NCBI GenBank assembly: GCA_037481815.1
Contig: JBBFKX010000001.1
Location: 544,001 to 608,000, forward strand
Length of the DNA: 64,000 bases
DNA from: a candidate division WOR-3 bacterium
GTDB lineage: Bacteria; Hydrothermota; 32-111
Direction: 5' to 3'
The position numbers and the translations under genes were made by a program. How positions within the stretch are numbered: position 1 is the first letter of the stretch; every line of letters starts with the position of its first letter. The notes under the pieces were generated by a model that was given only the letters and a program-made list of their open reading frames with translations, searched no databases and was not told the DNA's origin. Shown here piece after piece: positions 30,195 to 40,646 of this stretch.

Positions 30195-30661
30195 CCTTCA
30201 CCTCCAAAACTTTTCTTCTTTTCAGAAATATGAACTTTTCCACCTTTTTGTTCTACAACTTCCTTTGCCTTTTGAGAACATTTTTCTACATATATTTCCA
30301 GTTTCTTTTCAAGATTACCATCACCTAAAAGTTTCACCGGTTTTTCAAGAGAAGATATCAAATTGTTCTCTTTTAGATTTTCCTTCCTTATGATATCACC
30401 ATCGTTGAATATGTTCAAATCTTCCACATTAACAACCTGATAAATTTTCTTGTTAAAATTTTTAAAACCTCTTTTTGGTATCCTTCTGATAAGGGGCATC
30501 TGACCACCTTCAAAACCCCATTTCGCAGAATAACCACTTCTTGCTTTTTGACCTTTTTCTCCCCTTCCAGCAGTTTTTCCATTACCACTCCCAGGGCCCT
30601 GTCCCTTTCTTTTTCTATCTTTTACTGCACCTTTTGGTGGATGTAATTCGTTCAACTTCAT
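30191..30661 (-). CDS. rplO: 50S ribosomal protein L15
   Basis: GSGNGKTAGRG, GFEGGQMPL; ATG at 30661. Confidence 0.97.
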   Translation of the reverse strand: MKLNELHPPKGAVKDRKRKGQGPGSGNGKTAGRGEKGQKARSGYSAKWGFEGGQMPLIRRIPKRGFKNFNKKIYQVVNVEDLNIFNDGDIIRKENLKENNLISSLEKPVKLLGDGNLEKKLEIYVEKCSQKAKEVVEQKGGKVHISEKKKSFGGEG

Positions 30662-30662
30662 T

Positions 30663-30854
30663 TTAAACTCCATCTTTAATTTCTTCAACTTTTACAAGAT
30701 GTTTAACCTTTTCTATCATTCCTCTTATCGATGGTGTATCTTCTTTGATCACAGAATGATGAAGTTTTTTAAGACCTAAAGCTTTTATCGTTCTTTTCTG
30801 CGTTATATCGTAATCGATTTCACTTCTTATTTGAGTTATTTTCAATTTAGCCAT
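30663..30854 (-). CDS. rpmD: 50S ribosomal protein L30
   Basis: [19 protein letters not shown]. Confidence 0.96.
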   Translation of the reverse strand: MAKLKITQIRSEIDYDITQKRTIKALGLKKLHHSVIKEDTPSIRGMIEKVKHLVKVEEIKDGV

Positions 30855-31383
30855 TTACAACCTCCTTCTCAACATCTGAAACCTTGCCTTTTTTCATACT
30901 GTAAATCTCCTCAGGTGAGAGCACAGAAGTTATAGCGTTTAAAGTTGCTTTTGCTAAATTGACGGTTGTGTTTGAACCAAGAGATTTTGTCAATATGTTC
31001 CTTATACCTGCAAGTTCGAGAATATTTCTTACTATCTCGGTCGCTATAATTCCAGTTCCTTCAACAGCAGGTTTTAAGAGAATCTTTGATGCACCATGTT
31101 TACCGACAACTTCGTAAGGTATACTTCCATTTTCACTGTTTATATAAACTTTCACAATATTTTTTCTTGCTGCTTCAGTTGCTTTTTTTATAGCATCAGC
31201 TGTTTCTGTTGCTTTCCCGATTCCTATTCCAACATAACCATTTTTGTTACCAACAGCCACAAGTGCTCTGAGTTTAAATCTCCTTCCACCTTTCACAACT
31301 TTCGCAACCCTTTTTATATCCAGAACCGATTCTGTTAAATCTAAAGTTGTTAGATCGATTTTAGTTCTTAAATTCTTTTTCAC
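30847..31383 (-). CDS. rpsE: 30S ribosomal protein S5 (GTG start)
   Basis: [17 protein letters not shown]. Confidence 0.97.
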   Translation of the reverse strand: MKKNLRTKIDLTTLDLTESVLDIKRVAKVVKGGRRFKLRALVAVGNKNGYVGIGIGKATETADAIKKATEAARKNIVKVYINSENGSIPYEVVGKHGASKILLKPAVEGTGIIATEIVRNILELAGIRNILTKSLGSNTTVNLAKATLNAITSVLSPEEIYSMKKGKVSDVEKEVVNG

Positions 31384-31398
31384 TTTTCCTCCAATTTT

Positions 31399-31761
31399 TT
31401 AAAAATCGAGTCCACTTTTTCTTGCACCATCGGCTAAACTTTTAACCCTTCCATGATATTTGTAACCATTTCTATCAAAAACGATCTGTTTTATACCCTT
31501 TTCAAGAGCTCTCTTTGCAAGTATTTCACCCACTTTAAACGCTTTCGCTTTTTTATCACCTTCAACTTTTGGAAAATCTTTATCAAGTGTTGAAGCGGAA
31601 CACAGAGTTACACCTTTTGAATCATCGATTATCTGAGCGTATATATGTTTCAAACTTCTAAAAACAACCAACCTTGGTCTTTTTGAATAAACAAGAATTT
31701 TCCCTTTTATTCTTCTGTGTCTTTTCTCTTTCTTGATTCTTTTTTCAATGTTCTTATCCAT
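31399..31761 (-). CDS. rplR: 50S ribosomal protein L18
   Basis: [21 protein letters not shown]. Confidence 0.98.
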   Translation of the reverse strand: MDKNIEKRIKKEKRHRRIKGKILVYSKRPRLVVFRSLKHIYAQIIDDSKGVTLCSASTLDKDFPKVEGDKKAKAFKVGEILAKRALEKGIKQIVFDRNGYKYHGRVKSLADGARKSGLDF

Positions 31762-31763
31762 TT

Positions 31764-32300
31764 TTATACTCCAGTCTTTCTCTCTTTCTTTCTAACTTTT
31801 TCGCCTTTATATTTTATACCTTTACTTATATATGGTTCCCATTTTCTTAATTTTTTAATTTTATCCGAAATTAGTCCTACAACCTGTTTATCTATTCCTG
31901 AAACTATTACTCTCTTCTCTTCTGGAACTTCAAATTTTATACCTTCAACCGCCTGAATCGTTATCGGATGAGAAAATCCTAAGGAGAGTTTTAAATTCTT
32001 TCCTTCAAGTTGTGCCTTGTATTCTCTTGCTTCGAGTATGAGTTCTTTTGAAAAACCGTTTGTCACGCCTAAAACCATGTTGTTGATAAGAGATCTCATC
32101 GTTCCCTGATTCATGTTCGATATTTTAGATTTTTCTACATCTTCAACGATTATATTATCATTTTCAACTTTGACTTTAAGCCCGGGTAAAATATCTTTTT
32201 TCAACGTGCCCAGTTTACCTTTTACGATAATCACATTGTCTTTAACCTCTACTGTAACTTCCTGCGGTTTACTTATAGGTAATTTTCCTAATCTTGACAT
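31764..32300 (-). CDS. rplF: 50S ribosomal protein L6
   Basis: [21 protein letters not shown]. Confidence 0.97.
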   Translation of the reverse strand: MSRLGKLPISKPQEVTVEVKDNVIIVKGKLGTLKKDILPGLKVKVENDNIIVEDVEKSKISNMNQGTMRSLINNMVLGVTNGFSKELILEAREYKAQLEGKNLKLSLGFSHPITIQAVEGIKFEVPEEKRVIVSGIDKQVVGLISDKIKKLRKWEPYISKGIKYKGEKVRKKERKTGV

Positions 32301-32311
32301 TTTTCCTCCTG

Positions 32312-32716
32312 TTACCAGATCCTGCAAATAACTTCACCACCGACTTTCTTTCTTCTTGCCTCTTTATCAGTTATCAATCCCTGATTCGTTGATACTATCG
32401 AAATCCCCATACCACCCATAACAGGTTTCAACTCTTTATAGGATTTGTATATTCTAATACCAGGTTTTGAAATCTTCTCGATCGAATGGATAACTGGATA
32501 CCCGTTTTTGTCATATTTCAAAAATATTTCCAAAAACTTTCTTTTTCCTTCTGCCTTTTCGATCTCTTTGAAATCCTTTATGTAACCTTCTCTTTTGACG
32601 ATTTCAAGAATCGATTTTTTTATTTTAGAGCTATTAACTATAACCTTATCTAATTTTGCTCTCTGTGCATTTCTTATTACAGTAAGCATATCAGCAATTG
32701 GATCAGTAATCGTCAT
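32312..32716 (-). CDS. rpsH: 30S ribosomal protein S8
   Basis: TDPIADMLT, VGGEVICRIW. Confidence 0.98.
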   Translation of the reverse strand: MTITDPIADMLTVIRNAQRAKLDKVIVNSSKIKKSILEIVKREGYIKDFKEIEKAEGKRKFLEIFLKYDKNGYPVIHSIEKISKPGIRIYKSYKELKPVMGGMGISIVSTNQGLITDKEARRKKVGGEVICRIW

Positions 32717-32727
32717 CTAAATCCTCC

Positions 32728-32913
32728 TTACCAACTTGACTTTTTAACGCCAGGAAGCAAACCTTTATGTGCCATCTCTCTTAAACATATCCTGCACAAA
32801 CCAAAATCCCTGTAATATCCTCTCGGTCTTCCACATACCTGACATCTATTTCTCTTTCTGATTTTAAATTTTCTATCTCTTTCATTTTTGATAATTAAAC
32901 TTTTTTTCGCCAT
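32728..32913 (-). CDS. rpsN: 30S ribosomal protein S14 type Z (short zinc form)
   Basis: [10 protein letters not shown]...LCRICLR...PGVKKSSW. Confidence 0.97.
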   Translation of the reverse strand: MAKKSLIIKNERDRKFKIRKRNRCQVCGRPRGYYRDFGLCRICLREMAHKGLLPGVKKSSW

Positions 32914-32925
32914 CAAATTCCTCCA

Positions 32926-33465
32926 TCACTTTTTAAAGGGCATCCCGAGTTTTTTAAGTAAAGCGTAAGAATGTTGATCATTTTTTGATTTTATAACGAA
33001 AGTTATATTCATTCCAAAAGAATATTTTATCTTATCATATTCTATTTCCGGAAAAATCACATGGTCTGTTATGCCGAGGTTAAAATTGCCTCTTCCATCA
33101 AAAGAATCGTTCGATATACCCCTAAAATCTCTTATCCTTGGGATCGCAGCGTTGAAAAATCTTTCCATAAACTCATACATTCTATTTCTTCTTAGAGTAA
33201 CTTTTAAACCGACCTTTGCCCCTTTTCTCAATTTAAAATTGGATATCGATTTCCTTGCTGTTGTGACAAGTGGTTTTTGTCCACATATTGCTGAAAGATC
33301 CTTTATCGCTTCATCAAGCATCGCCTTATCAGCTATCGCTTTTCCAAGTCCCATTGAAATAACGATCTTCTCAATCTTTGGAACTTCATTTATATTTTTC
33401 AATTTCAACTCTTTCATCAACTCTTTTTTGATCTTGCTGTCATAAAGTTTTTTTAATTCCGACAT
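32926..33465 (-). CDS. rplE: 50S ribosomal protein L5
   Basis: PRIRDFRG, SFDGRGN, IFPEI. Confidence 0.98.
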   Translation of the reverse strand: MSELKKLYDSKIKKELMKELKLKNINEVPKIEKIVISMGLGKAIADKAMLDEAIKDLSAICGQKPLVTTARKSISNFKLRKGAKVGLKVTLRRNRMYEFMERFFNAAIPRIRDFRGISNDSFDGRGNFNLGITDHVIFPEIEYDKIKYSFGMNITFVIKSKNDQHSYALLKKLGMPFKK

Positions 33466-33467
33466 AT

Positions 33468-33788
33468 TTACCTCACTATCATCTCTCTGCAATTTTTACA
33501 GTATCTTACACTCTTATTTTCACTTTTTGTATGTCCAACTCTTGTTGGTGTATTACATTTTGGACAAACAAGCATCAAATTAGATAAACTCACCGGTGCT
33601 TCTTTTTCGATTATTCCACTCTTTTCGCCCTGTTTTCTTGCTCTCTGATGTTTTTTTACGATGTTGACTCCTTCAACTATAGCTTTTCTTTTCTCTCTTA
33701 ATACTTTTAAAACTTTTCCTTTTTTTCCTTTATCTTCACCCTTGATCACCATAACAAGATCATCTTTTCTGATATTAAACTTTTCCAT
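33468..33788 (-). CDS. rplX: 50S ribosomal protein L24
   Basis: GEDKGKKGKV, VEGVN, EAP. Confidence 0.97.
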   Translation of the reverse strand: MEKFNIRKDDLVMVIKGEDKGKKGKVLKVLREKRKAIVEGVNIVKKHQRARKQGEKSGIIEKEAPVSLSNLMLVCPKCNTPTRVGHTKSENKSVRYCKNCREMIVR

Positions 33789-34157
33789 TTATACTACCTC
33801 CGGTGCGAGTGAGACGATTTTCATGAACTTTTTTTCTCTCAACTCTCTTGCAACTGGGCCAAATATTCTTGTTCCTTTTGGCTCACCAGCATTATCGATT
33901 ATCACGCATGCGTTATCATCAAATCTTATGTATGATCCATCTTTTCTTCTGTGTTCTTTATGGACTCTTACGATGACAGCTCTGACCTTATCACCTTTTT
34001 TTATCTGTGATTCAGGTATAGCATCAACAACCGAGGCAATTATAACATCACCTAGAAATCCATATTTTTTTCTTGTTCCACCTAAAACTTTTATACATTT
34101 AACCCTTTTGACTCCAGTGTTATCAGCGATATTAAGGCGAGAATATTCCTGTATCAT
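33789..34157 (-). CDS. rplN: 50S ribosomal protein L14
   Basis: MIQ...[24 protein letters not shown]. Confidence 0.99.
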   Translation of the reverse strand: MIQEYSRLNIADNTGVKRVKCIKVLGGTRKKYGFLGDVIIASVVDAIPESQIKKGDKVRAVIVRVHKEHRRKDGSYIRFDDNACVIIDNAGEPKGTRIFGPVARELREKKFMKIVSLAPEVV

Positions 34158-34170
34158 TGTTCCTCACTTT

Positions 34171-34434
34171 TTAATCAACTGTTTGGGCCTTTTTTACTAT
34201 TTCTATCAAACGGAATCTTTTCCTTTTAGATAAAGGCCTTGTTTCCTGCACTTTCACTATATCTCCAATCTGAGCTTCATTCTTTTCATCATGTGCCATC
34301 AATTTGTATTTTCTGTTAATATACTTTTTATATAAAGGATGCATTTTTTTTCTGTTCACAAGAACAACTATAGATTTGTTCATCCTGTTGGAAACAACCT
34401 CTCCAGTATAAACTTTTCTTTTTACATTTTCCAT
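34171..34434 (-). CDS. rpsQ: 30S ribosomal protein S17
   Basis: HPLYKK, ETRPLSK. Confidence 0.97.
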   Translation of the reverse strand: MENVKRKVYTGEVVSNRMNKSIVVLVNRKKMHPLYKKYINRKYKLMAHDEKNEAQIGDIVKVQETRPLSKRKRFRLIEIVKKAQTVD

Positions 34435-34435
34435 T

Positions 34436-34630
34436 TTAACTCCTATTTTCTCTCTCTCTTTTAACTGTAAGAATTCTTGCTATATCTTTTCTTAAATTTC
34501 TGAACTGTGCATTATTAGTGATTTCAGTTGTTTTCGCTTTTATTCTCAACAGAAAAAGTTGTTCCTGAAGTTCATGTAATTTTGAATCAAGTTCTTTAAG
34601 GTTCATCTCTCTTATATCTTTAATTTTCAT
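34436..34630 (-). CDS. rpmC: 50S ribosomal protein L29
   Basis: [10 protein letters not shown]; position between rplP and rpsQ. Confidence 0.95.
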   Translation of the reverse strand: MKIKDIREMNLKELDSKLHELQEQLFLLRIKAKTTEITNNAQFRNLRKDIARILTVKRERENRS

Positions 34631-35046
34631 CACAAAACTCCTTCTCTTTTAACAAATCTTATTCTGACAGGCAGTTTATGGGAACACAACTCTGCTGCCT
34701 TTTTTGCCATCTCTTCAGAAATACCCGCCATTTCAAACATAACCTTCCCAGGTTTAACAACAGCAACCCAGAACTCTGGAGCACCTTTTCCTTTACCCAT
34801 TCTTGTTTCCGCAGGTTTTTTTGTTACAGGTTTATCCGGGAATATTCTTATCCACAATTTTCCATCTTTCTGTAAAACTCTCTGTATCGCAACTCTTGCC
34901 GCTTCTATCTGCCTTGCTGTAACCCATCCACAATCGGTTGCCTGAACACCATAGTCACCAAAAGCAACGGTATAACCACCCTTGGCAGATCCTTTCATCC
35001 TTCCTCTCTGCTGTTTTCTAAACTTGACCCTTTTTGGCATCAACAT
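34630..35046 (-). CDS. rplP: 50S ribosomal protein L16
   Basis: [20 protein letters not shown]. Confidence 0.99.
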   Translation of the reverse strand: MLMPKRVKFRKQQRGRMKGSAKGGYTVAFGDYGVQATDCGWVTARQIEAARVAIQRVLQKDGKLWIRIFPDKPVTKKPAETRMGKGKGAPEFWVAVVKPGKVMFEMAGISEEMAKKAAELCSHKLPVRIRFVKREGVL

Positions 35047-35062
35047 AAAATATTCTCCTTAT

Positions 35063-35773
35063 TTATTTTTTCTTTTTAATCTTAACATTCACTTCATCGC
35101 TTTGAATTCTATCTGTCGGTATCTCTCCTCTATAGATCCATACTTTCACTCCAATAGCTCCCGCTGTGGTTCTGGATATTTCATAGCCATAATCTATATC
35201 CGATCTTAATGTTTGCAATGGAACTCTTCCCTCTCTGTACCATTCTGTTCTCGCAATTTCTGCTCCATTCAATCTACCACCACAGGAGACCTTTATTCCT
35301 TCAGCACCTGCTTTCAACGCATTCTGAACAGCTTTTTTCATAGCCCTTTTGTAGGCAACTCTTTTTTCTATCTGTCTTGCAATGTTCTCAGCTACGAGTT
35401 GTGCATCGAGTGCAGAATTTTCTATTTCGTTTATGTTAATGTCAACCTCTTCTTTATTAAAATATTTTTTGATTTCCTCTTTTAAAGTATCAACAACCTC
35501 TCCTTTGTTTCCGATTATTAAACCGGGTTTGGAGGTGAATATTATGATTTTAACTTTTTTCGATTTCCTTTCGATAACAATCCTCGAAATACCTGTCGTG
35601 TAGCCCTTTTTCTCAAGTTTTAAAGCTTCCTGTTCAGCTTTTGATCTAACATATTTCCTTATCTCGTTATCCTCTTTTAAAAGTTGAGGATAATCTCTAA
35701 GGTTGAACCATCTTGAATGCCAGTTTTTGTTTATTCCAACTCTAAAACCATAAGGATGAACTTTCTGTCCCAA
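35063..35773 (-). CDS. rpsC: 30S ribosomal protein S3 (TTG start)
   Basis: [29 protein letters not shown]. Confidence 0.98.
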   Translation of the reverse strand: MGQKVHPYGFRVGINKNWHSRWFNLRDYPQLLKEDNEIRKYVRSKAEQEALKLEKKGYTTGISRIVIERKSKKVKIIIFTSKPGLIIGNKGEVVDTLKEEIKKYFNKEEVDININEIENSALDAQLVAENIARQIEKRVAYKRAMKKAVQNALKAGAEGIKVSCGGRLNGAEIARTEWYREGRVPLQTLRSDIDYGYEISRTTAGAIGVKVWIYRGEIPTDRIQSDEVNVKIKKKK

Positions 35774-35786
35774 AAATAACCTCCGT

Positions 35787-36128
35787 TTATTTGTTTTCCA
35801 CTATTACTGTTATATGACTCGTTCTTTTTCTTATAAGAAAAGCCCTTCCTCTTGCTCTGGGCATATTCCTTTTCATCATCGGTCCACAGTTGACTTTTAT
35901 CTCTTTGATATAAAGATCATCTTCTGTCAGATTTTCTGCACCTTTCTGACTCAAAGCGTTTGCTGCAGCCGAATGGATAAGTTTGTAAAGAATCCTTGCA
36001 CTCTTTTTAGGTGTAAACTGTAATGTATAGAGTGCCTGGGTAACATTCATCCCTCTTACAAGATCAGCAGCAAGAACCGCTTTTTTTGAAGATATTCTAA
36101 TATATTTCGCTTGTGCTATCGCCTGCAT
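35787..36128 (-). CDS. rplV: 50S ribosomal protein L22
   Basis: [15 protein letters not shown]. Confidence 0.98.
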   Translation of the reverse strand: MQAIAQAKYIRISSKKAVLAADLVRGMNVTQALYTLQFTPKKSARILYKLIHSAAANALSQKGAENLTEDDLYIKEIKVNCGPMMKRNMPRARGRAFLIRKRTSHITVIVENK

Positions 36129-36138
36129 TTTTACTCCT

Positions 36139-36426
36139 TTATGAAGCTGTTACCTTTCCTTCTTTTCTATCTCCCGAATGCTGCCTGAATGTTCTTGTTG
36201 GTGCGAACTCACCGAGTCGATGTCCGACCATATTCTCGGTGATAAAAACTGGTATAAACTTTTTCCCGTTATGTATCGCAATTGTGTGTCCAACAAATTC
36301 AGGAGAAATCATAGAAGCCCTTTTATATGTTTTAATAACTTTTTTCTCGTTTTTCTCATTCATCATGATTATTTTTTTTCTTAATCTCTCATCAATATAA
36401 GGACCTTTTTTTAATGAACGTGTCAA
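36139..36426 (-). CDS. rpsS: 30S ribosomal protein S19 (TTG start)
   Basis: [21 protein letters not shown]. Confidence 0.98.
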   Translation of the reverse strand: MTRSLKKGPYIDERLRKKIIMMNEKNEKKVIKTYKRASMISPEFVGHTIAIHNGKKFIPVFITENMVGHRLGEFAPTRTFRQHSGDRKEGKVTAS

Positions 36427-36436
36427 GGTTATCCTC

Positions 36437-37264
36437 CTATTTTTTTCTTCTTGCTATAATATATTTATCAGAATATTTTTTCTTCTTTCTTGTTTTATAA
36501 CCTTTTGCAGGAAGACCATTTTCACTGCAGGGGTGTCTACCACCACTTGTCCTTCCTTCTCCACCACCCATCGGATGATCCACAGGATTCTTCGCAACAG
36601 CTCTCACTCTTGGTCTTATCCCTCTATGTCTTGATGAACCCGCTTTACCTATTACAACGGATGACCATTCCGAATTACCCACCTTTCCAACTGTTGCGAA
36701 ATTGTCCCCCCTTATAAGACGAACCTCTCCAGAAGGGAGTTTCACATGACACCAATCACCTTCTTTTGCAAGGATCTGTGCAGCTGAACCTGCAGAACGA
36801 ACTATCTGTCCCCCTTTTCCTTTGTTCAATTCTATGTTATGTATATCAAGTCCAACTGGAATATTTTTTAACGGAAGAGCATTACCAAGTTTTGCGGGAA
36901 CATTTAACCCAGAAATAATCTCATCGCCAACTTTCAATCCTTCAGGTGCGATTATATATCTTTTTTCACCATCAGGATAAACGATTAGTGCGATGAAGGA
37001 TGTTCTGTTGGGATCGTACTCTATGGATTTCACCTTTCCCGGGATATCGTATTTGTCCCTTTTAAAATCAATCAATCTGTACCTCTGTTTTGAACCACCA
37101 CCGATGAATTTGTTCGTTACCCTTCCAAGGTTGTTTCTTCCACCTGTTTTCTTAAGGTGTACAGTCAAAGATTTTTCAGGTTCTTTTTTGGTTATCTCTT
37201 CATATGAAAGATTCTTTTTAAATCTGAAACCTGGTGTGATCGGTTTATAACTTTTGAGTCCCAT
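36437..37264 (-). CDS. rplB: 50S ribosomal protein L2
   Basis: [19 protein letters not shown]. Confidence 0.98.
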   Translation of the reverse strand: MGLKSYKPITPGFRFKKNLSYEEITKKEPEKSLTVHLKKTGGRNNLGRVTNKFIGGGSKQRYRLIDFKRDKYDIPGKVKSIEYDPNRTSFIALIVYPDGEKRYIIAPEGLKVGDEIISGLNVPAKLGNALPLKNIPVGLDIHNIELNKGKGGQIVRSAGSAAQILAKEGDWCHVKLPSGEVRLIRGDNFATVGKVGNSEWSSVVIGKAGSSRHRGIRPRVRAVAKNPVDHPMGGGEGRTSGGRHPCSENGLPAKGYKTRKKKKYSDKYIIARRKK

Positions 37265-37269
37265 AATTA

Positions 37270-37560
37270 TCAAGCTCCTTCAAATATTTCTATTCTTTGA
37301 TTTTCTTTTAAAGTAACATATGCTTTCTTAATATCCTTCTGTTTTCCCAACACCATTCTTGTTCTTTTGATTTTTCCCTTTTCTATGAGAGTGTTTACAT
37401 TTTCGACTTTAACATTAAAAAGTTTTTCCACCGCACTTTTTATCTCTTTTTTGTTTGCCTTTTTATCAACTTCAAAAACGTATGTTCTTTTTTTACCTTC
37501 CACAAACACAGCTTTCTCTGTGATGAGTGGAGAAATAATTATTTTTCTTGGATCTTTCAT
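37270..37560 (-). CDS. rplW: 50S ribosomal protein L23
   Basis: PLITEKA, KKAYVTL. Confidence 0.97.
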   Translation of the reverse strand: MKDPRKIIISPLITEKAVFVEGKKRTYVFEVDKKANKKEIKSAVEKLFNVKVENVNTLIEKGKIKRTRMVLGKQKDIKKAYVTLKENQRIEIFEGA

Positions 37561-38186
37561 AATGAAAACACCTCTTCTAATTTTTTTAATCCACTCTCAG
37601 TAAAAATAAGGTAATCTGAGTTCATCACAAAATATGGATTTATCTCGTGTGACATGATAACAAAAGTTCCATCCATATTTCTTACTGAATAGTAGAAGTT
37701 TTTGTTAAATTTTTCGTTAACAAAAAGTTTTTTATCAGTTTTTTCCATTTTCAACTTCTTCGTGAGTTCAGAAAAAGTTTTTGTTTTAGGTTTATCGATA
37801 TCAACATTTTCTATCACAAATATTCTATTCTCTTTAGCCTTTAAGGTTAAAGCTGATTTTAATGCTAATCTTTTGACTTTTTTGTTTGTTTTATAATACC
37901 AATCTTTCGGTTGTGGTCCAAAAGTTGTTCCACCACCTACCCAGAGAGGTGACCTTATACTTCCAGCTCTTGCTCTACCTGTTCCTTTCTGCCTCCAAGG
38001 TTTTTTACCACCACCCGAAACATCACCCCTTGTTTTCGTTTTAACGGTCCCCTGTCTCTGGTTGTTGAGATACTCTCTAATAGCTTCATATAGAGCATGC
38101 TCGTTAACTTCGACATTAAAAATATTTTCTGGAAGTTCTATTTTTCCTTTCTCTTCACCTTTCAATGAATAAACTACTACTTGCAT
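37557..38186 (-). CDS. rplD: 50S ribosomal protein L4
   Basis: KPWRQKGTGRARAGS. Confidence 0.98.
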   Translation of the reverse strand: MQVVVYSLKGEEKGKIELPENIFNVEVNEHALYEAIREYLNNQRQGTVKTKTRGDVSGGGKKPWRQKGTGRARAGSIRSPLWVGGGTTFGPQPKDWYYKTNKKVKRLALKSALTLKAKENRIFVIENVDIDKPKTKTFSELTKKLKMEKTDKKLFVNEKFNKNFYYSVRNMDGTFVIMSHEINPYFVMNSDYLIFTESGLKKLEEVFSL

Positions 38187-38195
38187 CTTATCTCC

Positions 38196-38822
38196 TTATG
38201 CCTGCTTTATTATAACAAGTGAATTCATATGACCAGGTACAGCACCTTTCACCGCGAGTAAATTTTTTTCTTTATCTATTTTTACAATATTTAAATTTAA
38301 AACTGTTACAGTTTCATTTCCAAAATGTCCTGCCATTCTTTTTCCCTTATAAACTCTTCCAGGGAATGTATTTGAACCTATCGAACCAGGATGTCTATGC
38401 ACCTCGTGAGCACCATGTGAATCAGGTGCACCTGAAAAACCATGCCTTTTCATCCATCCAGCAAAACCTCTACCTTTACTTTTACCAGTAACATTTACTT
38501 TTTTTGAGGGATCAAGAATCGTAAGATCTATTTTCTCCCCGACATTTACACTGTCGATTATATTTTTATCAAATTTAATTTCTTTTATTATTCTCAAGGG
38601 ATTAACACCAATTTTTTTGAACTGTCCAAGATCGGGTTTGTTCGTTCTACTTTCTTTCTTTTCCTCGATTCCAAGTTTTAAAGCGTTGTAACCAAATTTA
38701 TCTTCTGTTTTCTTTTCAAGCACAGTGTTAGGTTCTACATAGATCAATGTCACCGGAACAACGTTACCTGAATCATCAAAAACCTGTGTCATTCCCACTT
38801 TTTTTCCAAGCAAACCTTTCAT
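38196..38822 (-). CDS. rplC: 50S ribosomal protein L3
   Basis: GKKVGMTQ, SKGRGFAG, KGAVPG. Confidence 0.98.
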   Translation of the reverse strand: MKGLLGKKVGMTQVFDDSGNVVPVTLIYVEPNTVLEKKTEDKFGYNALKLGIEEKKESRTNKPDLGQFKKIGVNPLRIIKEIKFDKNIIDSVNVGEKIDLTILDPSKKVNVTGKSKGRGFAGWMKRHGFSGAPDSHGAHEVHRHPGSIGSNTFPGRVYKGKRMAGHFGNETVTVLNLNIVKIDKEKNLLAVKGAVPGHMNSLVIIKQA

Positions 38823-38835
38823 CTTATCCTCTCTT

Positions 38836-39159
38836 CTAATTTTCAAATGTAACTATCTCAATATCAACTCCAGCAGGAATATCAAGTCGTGTCAAGGCCT
38901 CCATCGTTTGTGGTGTTGATTTTGAAACGAATATTGCTCTTTTATGAACTCTTATTTCAAACTGTTCTCTCGATTTTTTATCGATATTGCTTGCTCTGTT
39001 AACCGTATAAACAGTTCTTTTTGTTGGTAATGGTATTGGACCAATTATTTCAGCATTAGTTTTTTTGGCTGTTTTCACAATATCTTTTGCTGCCTGATCG
39101 AGAAGTTGATGGTCGTAAGATTTCAGTTTTATTTTGTAATCGATTTTTTTTGCAACCAT
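38836..39159 (-). CDS. rpsJ: 30S ribosomal protein S10
   Basis: [22 protein letters not shown]. Confidence 0.98.
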   Translation of the reverse strand: MVAKKIDYKIKLKSYDHQLLDQAAKDIVKTAKKTNAEIIGPIPLPTKRTVYTVNRASNIDKKSREQFEIRVHKRAIFVSKSTPQTMEALTRLDIPAGVDIEIVTFEN

Positions 39160-39168
39160 TATTCCACC

Positions 39169-40368
39169 TTATTCTAATATTTCAGTTACAACACCGGCAC
39201 CAACAGTTCTTCCACCTTCTCTTATAGCAAACCTTAACTCCTTCTCCATCGCTATCGGTGTTATCAATTCAACTATAAACTCTGTGTTCTCCCCTGGCTT
39301 CACAAACTCCTGTCCAGGTGCCAACTCTATCGACCCTGTAACATCTGTAGTCCTGAAGAAAAATTGCGGCCTGTATCCACTCTTGAACGATGTACTCCTT
39401 CCACCTTCCTCTTTCGTCAACACATACACCTGACATTTAAACTTCTTGTGTGGTGTAACCGTCCCTGGCTTCGCCAACACCATACCCCTCTCTACTTCAT
39501 CCTTATCTATACCCCTCAACAAAACTCCCACATTGTCCCCCGCCTCAGCATAATCCAGTATCTTCTTAAACATCTCCAACGATGTAGCCACCGTCTTCTT
39601 GTGTGCACCCAATCCTATTATCTCCACTTCATCTCCTGCCTTTATCTGCCCTCTCTCCACTCTTCCAGTAGCCACAGTACCCCTTCCAGTTATACTGAAT
39701 ACATCCTCTATACTCATCAAAAATGGCTTATCCTTCTCTCTCACTGGATCTGGAAAATAATTGTCCACCGCATCCATTAATTCCAATATACATTTATACT
39801 CAGGTGCATTTATGTCCTGACTAGTACTCTCCAACGCCTTCAACGCACTTCCCCTGATCACAGGTATCTCATCACCCGGAAACTTGTTCGCCTTCAATGT
39901 GTCCCTTATGTCCATCTCCACTACATCCAATATCTCCGGATCATCCACCATATCAACCTTGTTCATAAACACTACTATACTCGGAACATTAACCTGCCTC
40001 GCCAACAATATATGCTCCCTCGTCTGGGGCATCGTTCCATCATTCGCACTCACCACCAATATAGCCCCATCCATCTGTGCAGCCCCCGTTATCATGTTCT
40101 TTATATAGTCAGCATGCCCAGGACAATCAACATGCGCATAATGCCTCTTATCCGTCTGGTACTCTATGTGTGCAACATTTATCGTTATACCCCTAGCCTT
40201 CTCCTCCGGTGCCTTATCTATCTGATCGTACGCTGTAAACTCAGCATACTTCTTCAAAGATAACACCTTCGTGATCGCAGCTGTCAACGTCGTCTTACCA
40301 TGATCCACATGCCCGATCGTCCCTATGTTCATATGAATCTTCGTCCTTTCAAATTTCTCCTTCGCCAT
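39169..40368 (-). CDS. tuf: Elongation factor Tu (copy heading the S10 operon)
   Basis: Protein identical to 16472-17671. Confidence 0.99.
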   Translation of the reverse strand: MAKEKFERTKIHMNIGTIGHVDHGKTTLTAAITKVLSLKKYAEFTAYDQIDKAPEEKARGITINVAHIEYQTDKRHYAHVDCPGHADYIKNMITGAAQMDGAILVVSANDGTMPQTREHILLARQVNVPSIVVFMNKVDMVDDPEILDVVEMDIRDTLKANKFPGDEIPVIRGSALKALESTSQDINAPEYKCILELMDAVDNYFPDPVREKDKPFLMSIEDVFSITGRGTVATGRVERGQIKAGDEVEIIGLGAHKKTVATSLEMFKKILDYAEAGDNVGVLLRGIDKDEVERGMVLAKPGTVTPHKKFKCQVYVLTKEEGGRSTSFKSGYRPQFFFRTTDVTGSIELAPGQEFVKPGENTEFIVELITPIAMEKELRFAIREGGRTVGAGVVTEILE

Positions 40369-40441
40369 TTAATCCTCCTTAAAAGATTAAATAATTTTTT
40401 TACTTGTAGAAACACTTAACCAAAAAATTTTTAGAATTTGA

Positions 40442-40470
40442 AATATATACATTTTTTTTCATTTTGTCAA
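40442..40470 (-). promoter_or_regulatory. sigma70-type promoter of the tuf-S10 operon
   Basis: TTGACA-17 nt-TATATT, ~70 nt upstream of the tuf ATG. Confidence 0.7.
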
Positions 40471-40611
40471 GAGGTAAATTAAAAAAATATGGAGAGTTAT
40501 TTCTAAATAGTGAAAATTCAATATGTTAATCGAGAAATAAAAAAAGGTATCCAGTTTGAAATAAGGAAAACTTTTTATATTACCAGTAAAATTTCAACTT
40601 AAAAAAAAATG

Positions 40612-40640
40612 TTGACAGTTTACTGTCAATAGTTTATAAT
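40612..40640 (+). promoter_or_regulatory. consensus promoter with a palindromic operator over the -35
   Basis: TTGACA-17 nt-TATAAT; perfect inverted repeat TTGACAGT-TT-ACTGTCAA at 40612-40629; ATG 6 nt after the -10. Confidence 0.8.
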
Positions 40641-40646
40641 TGTTAT

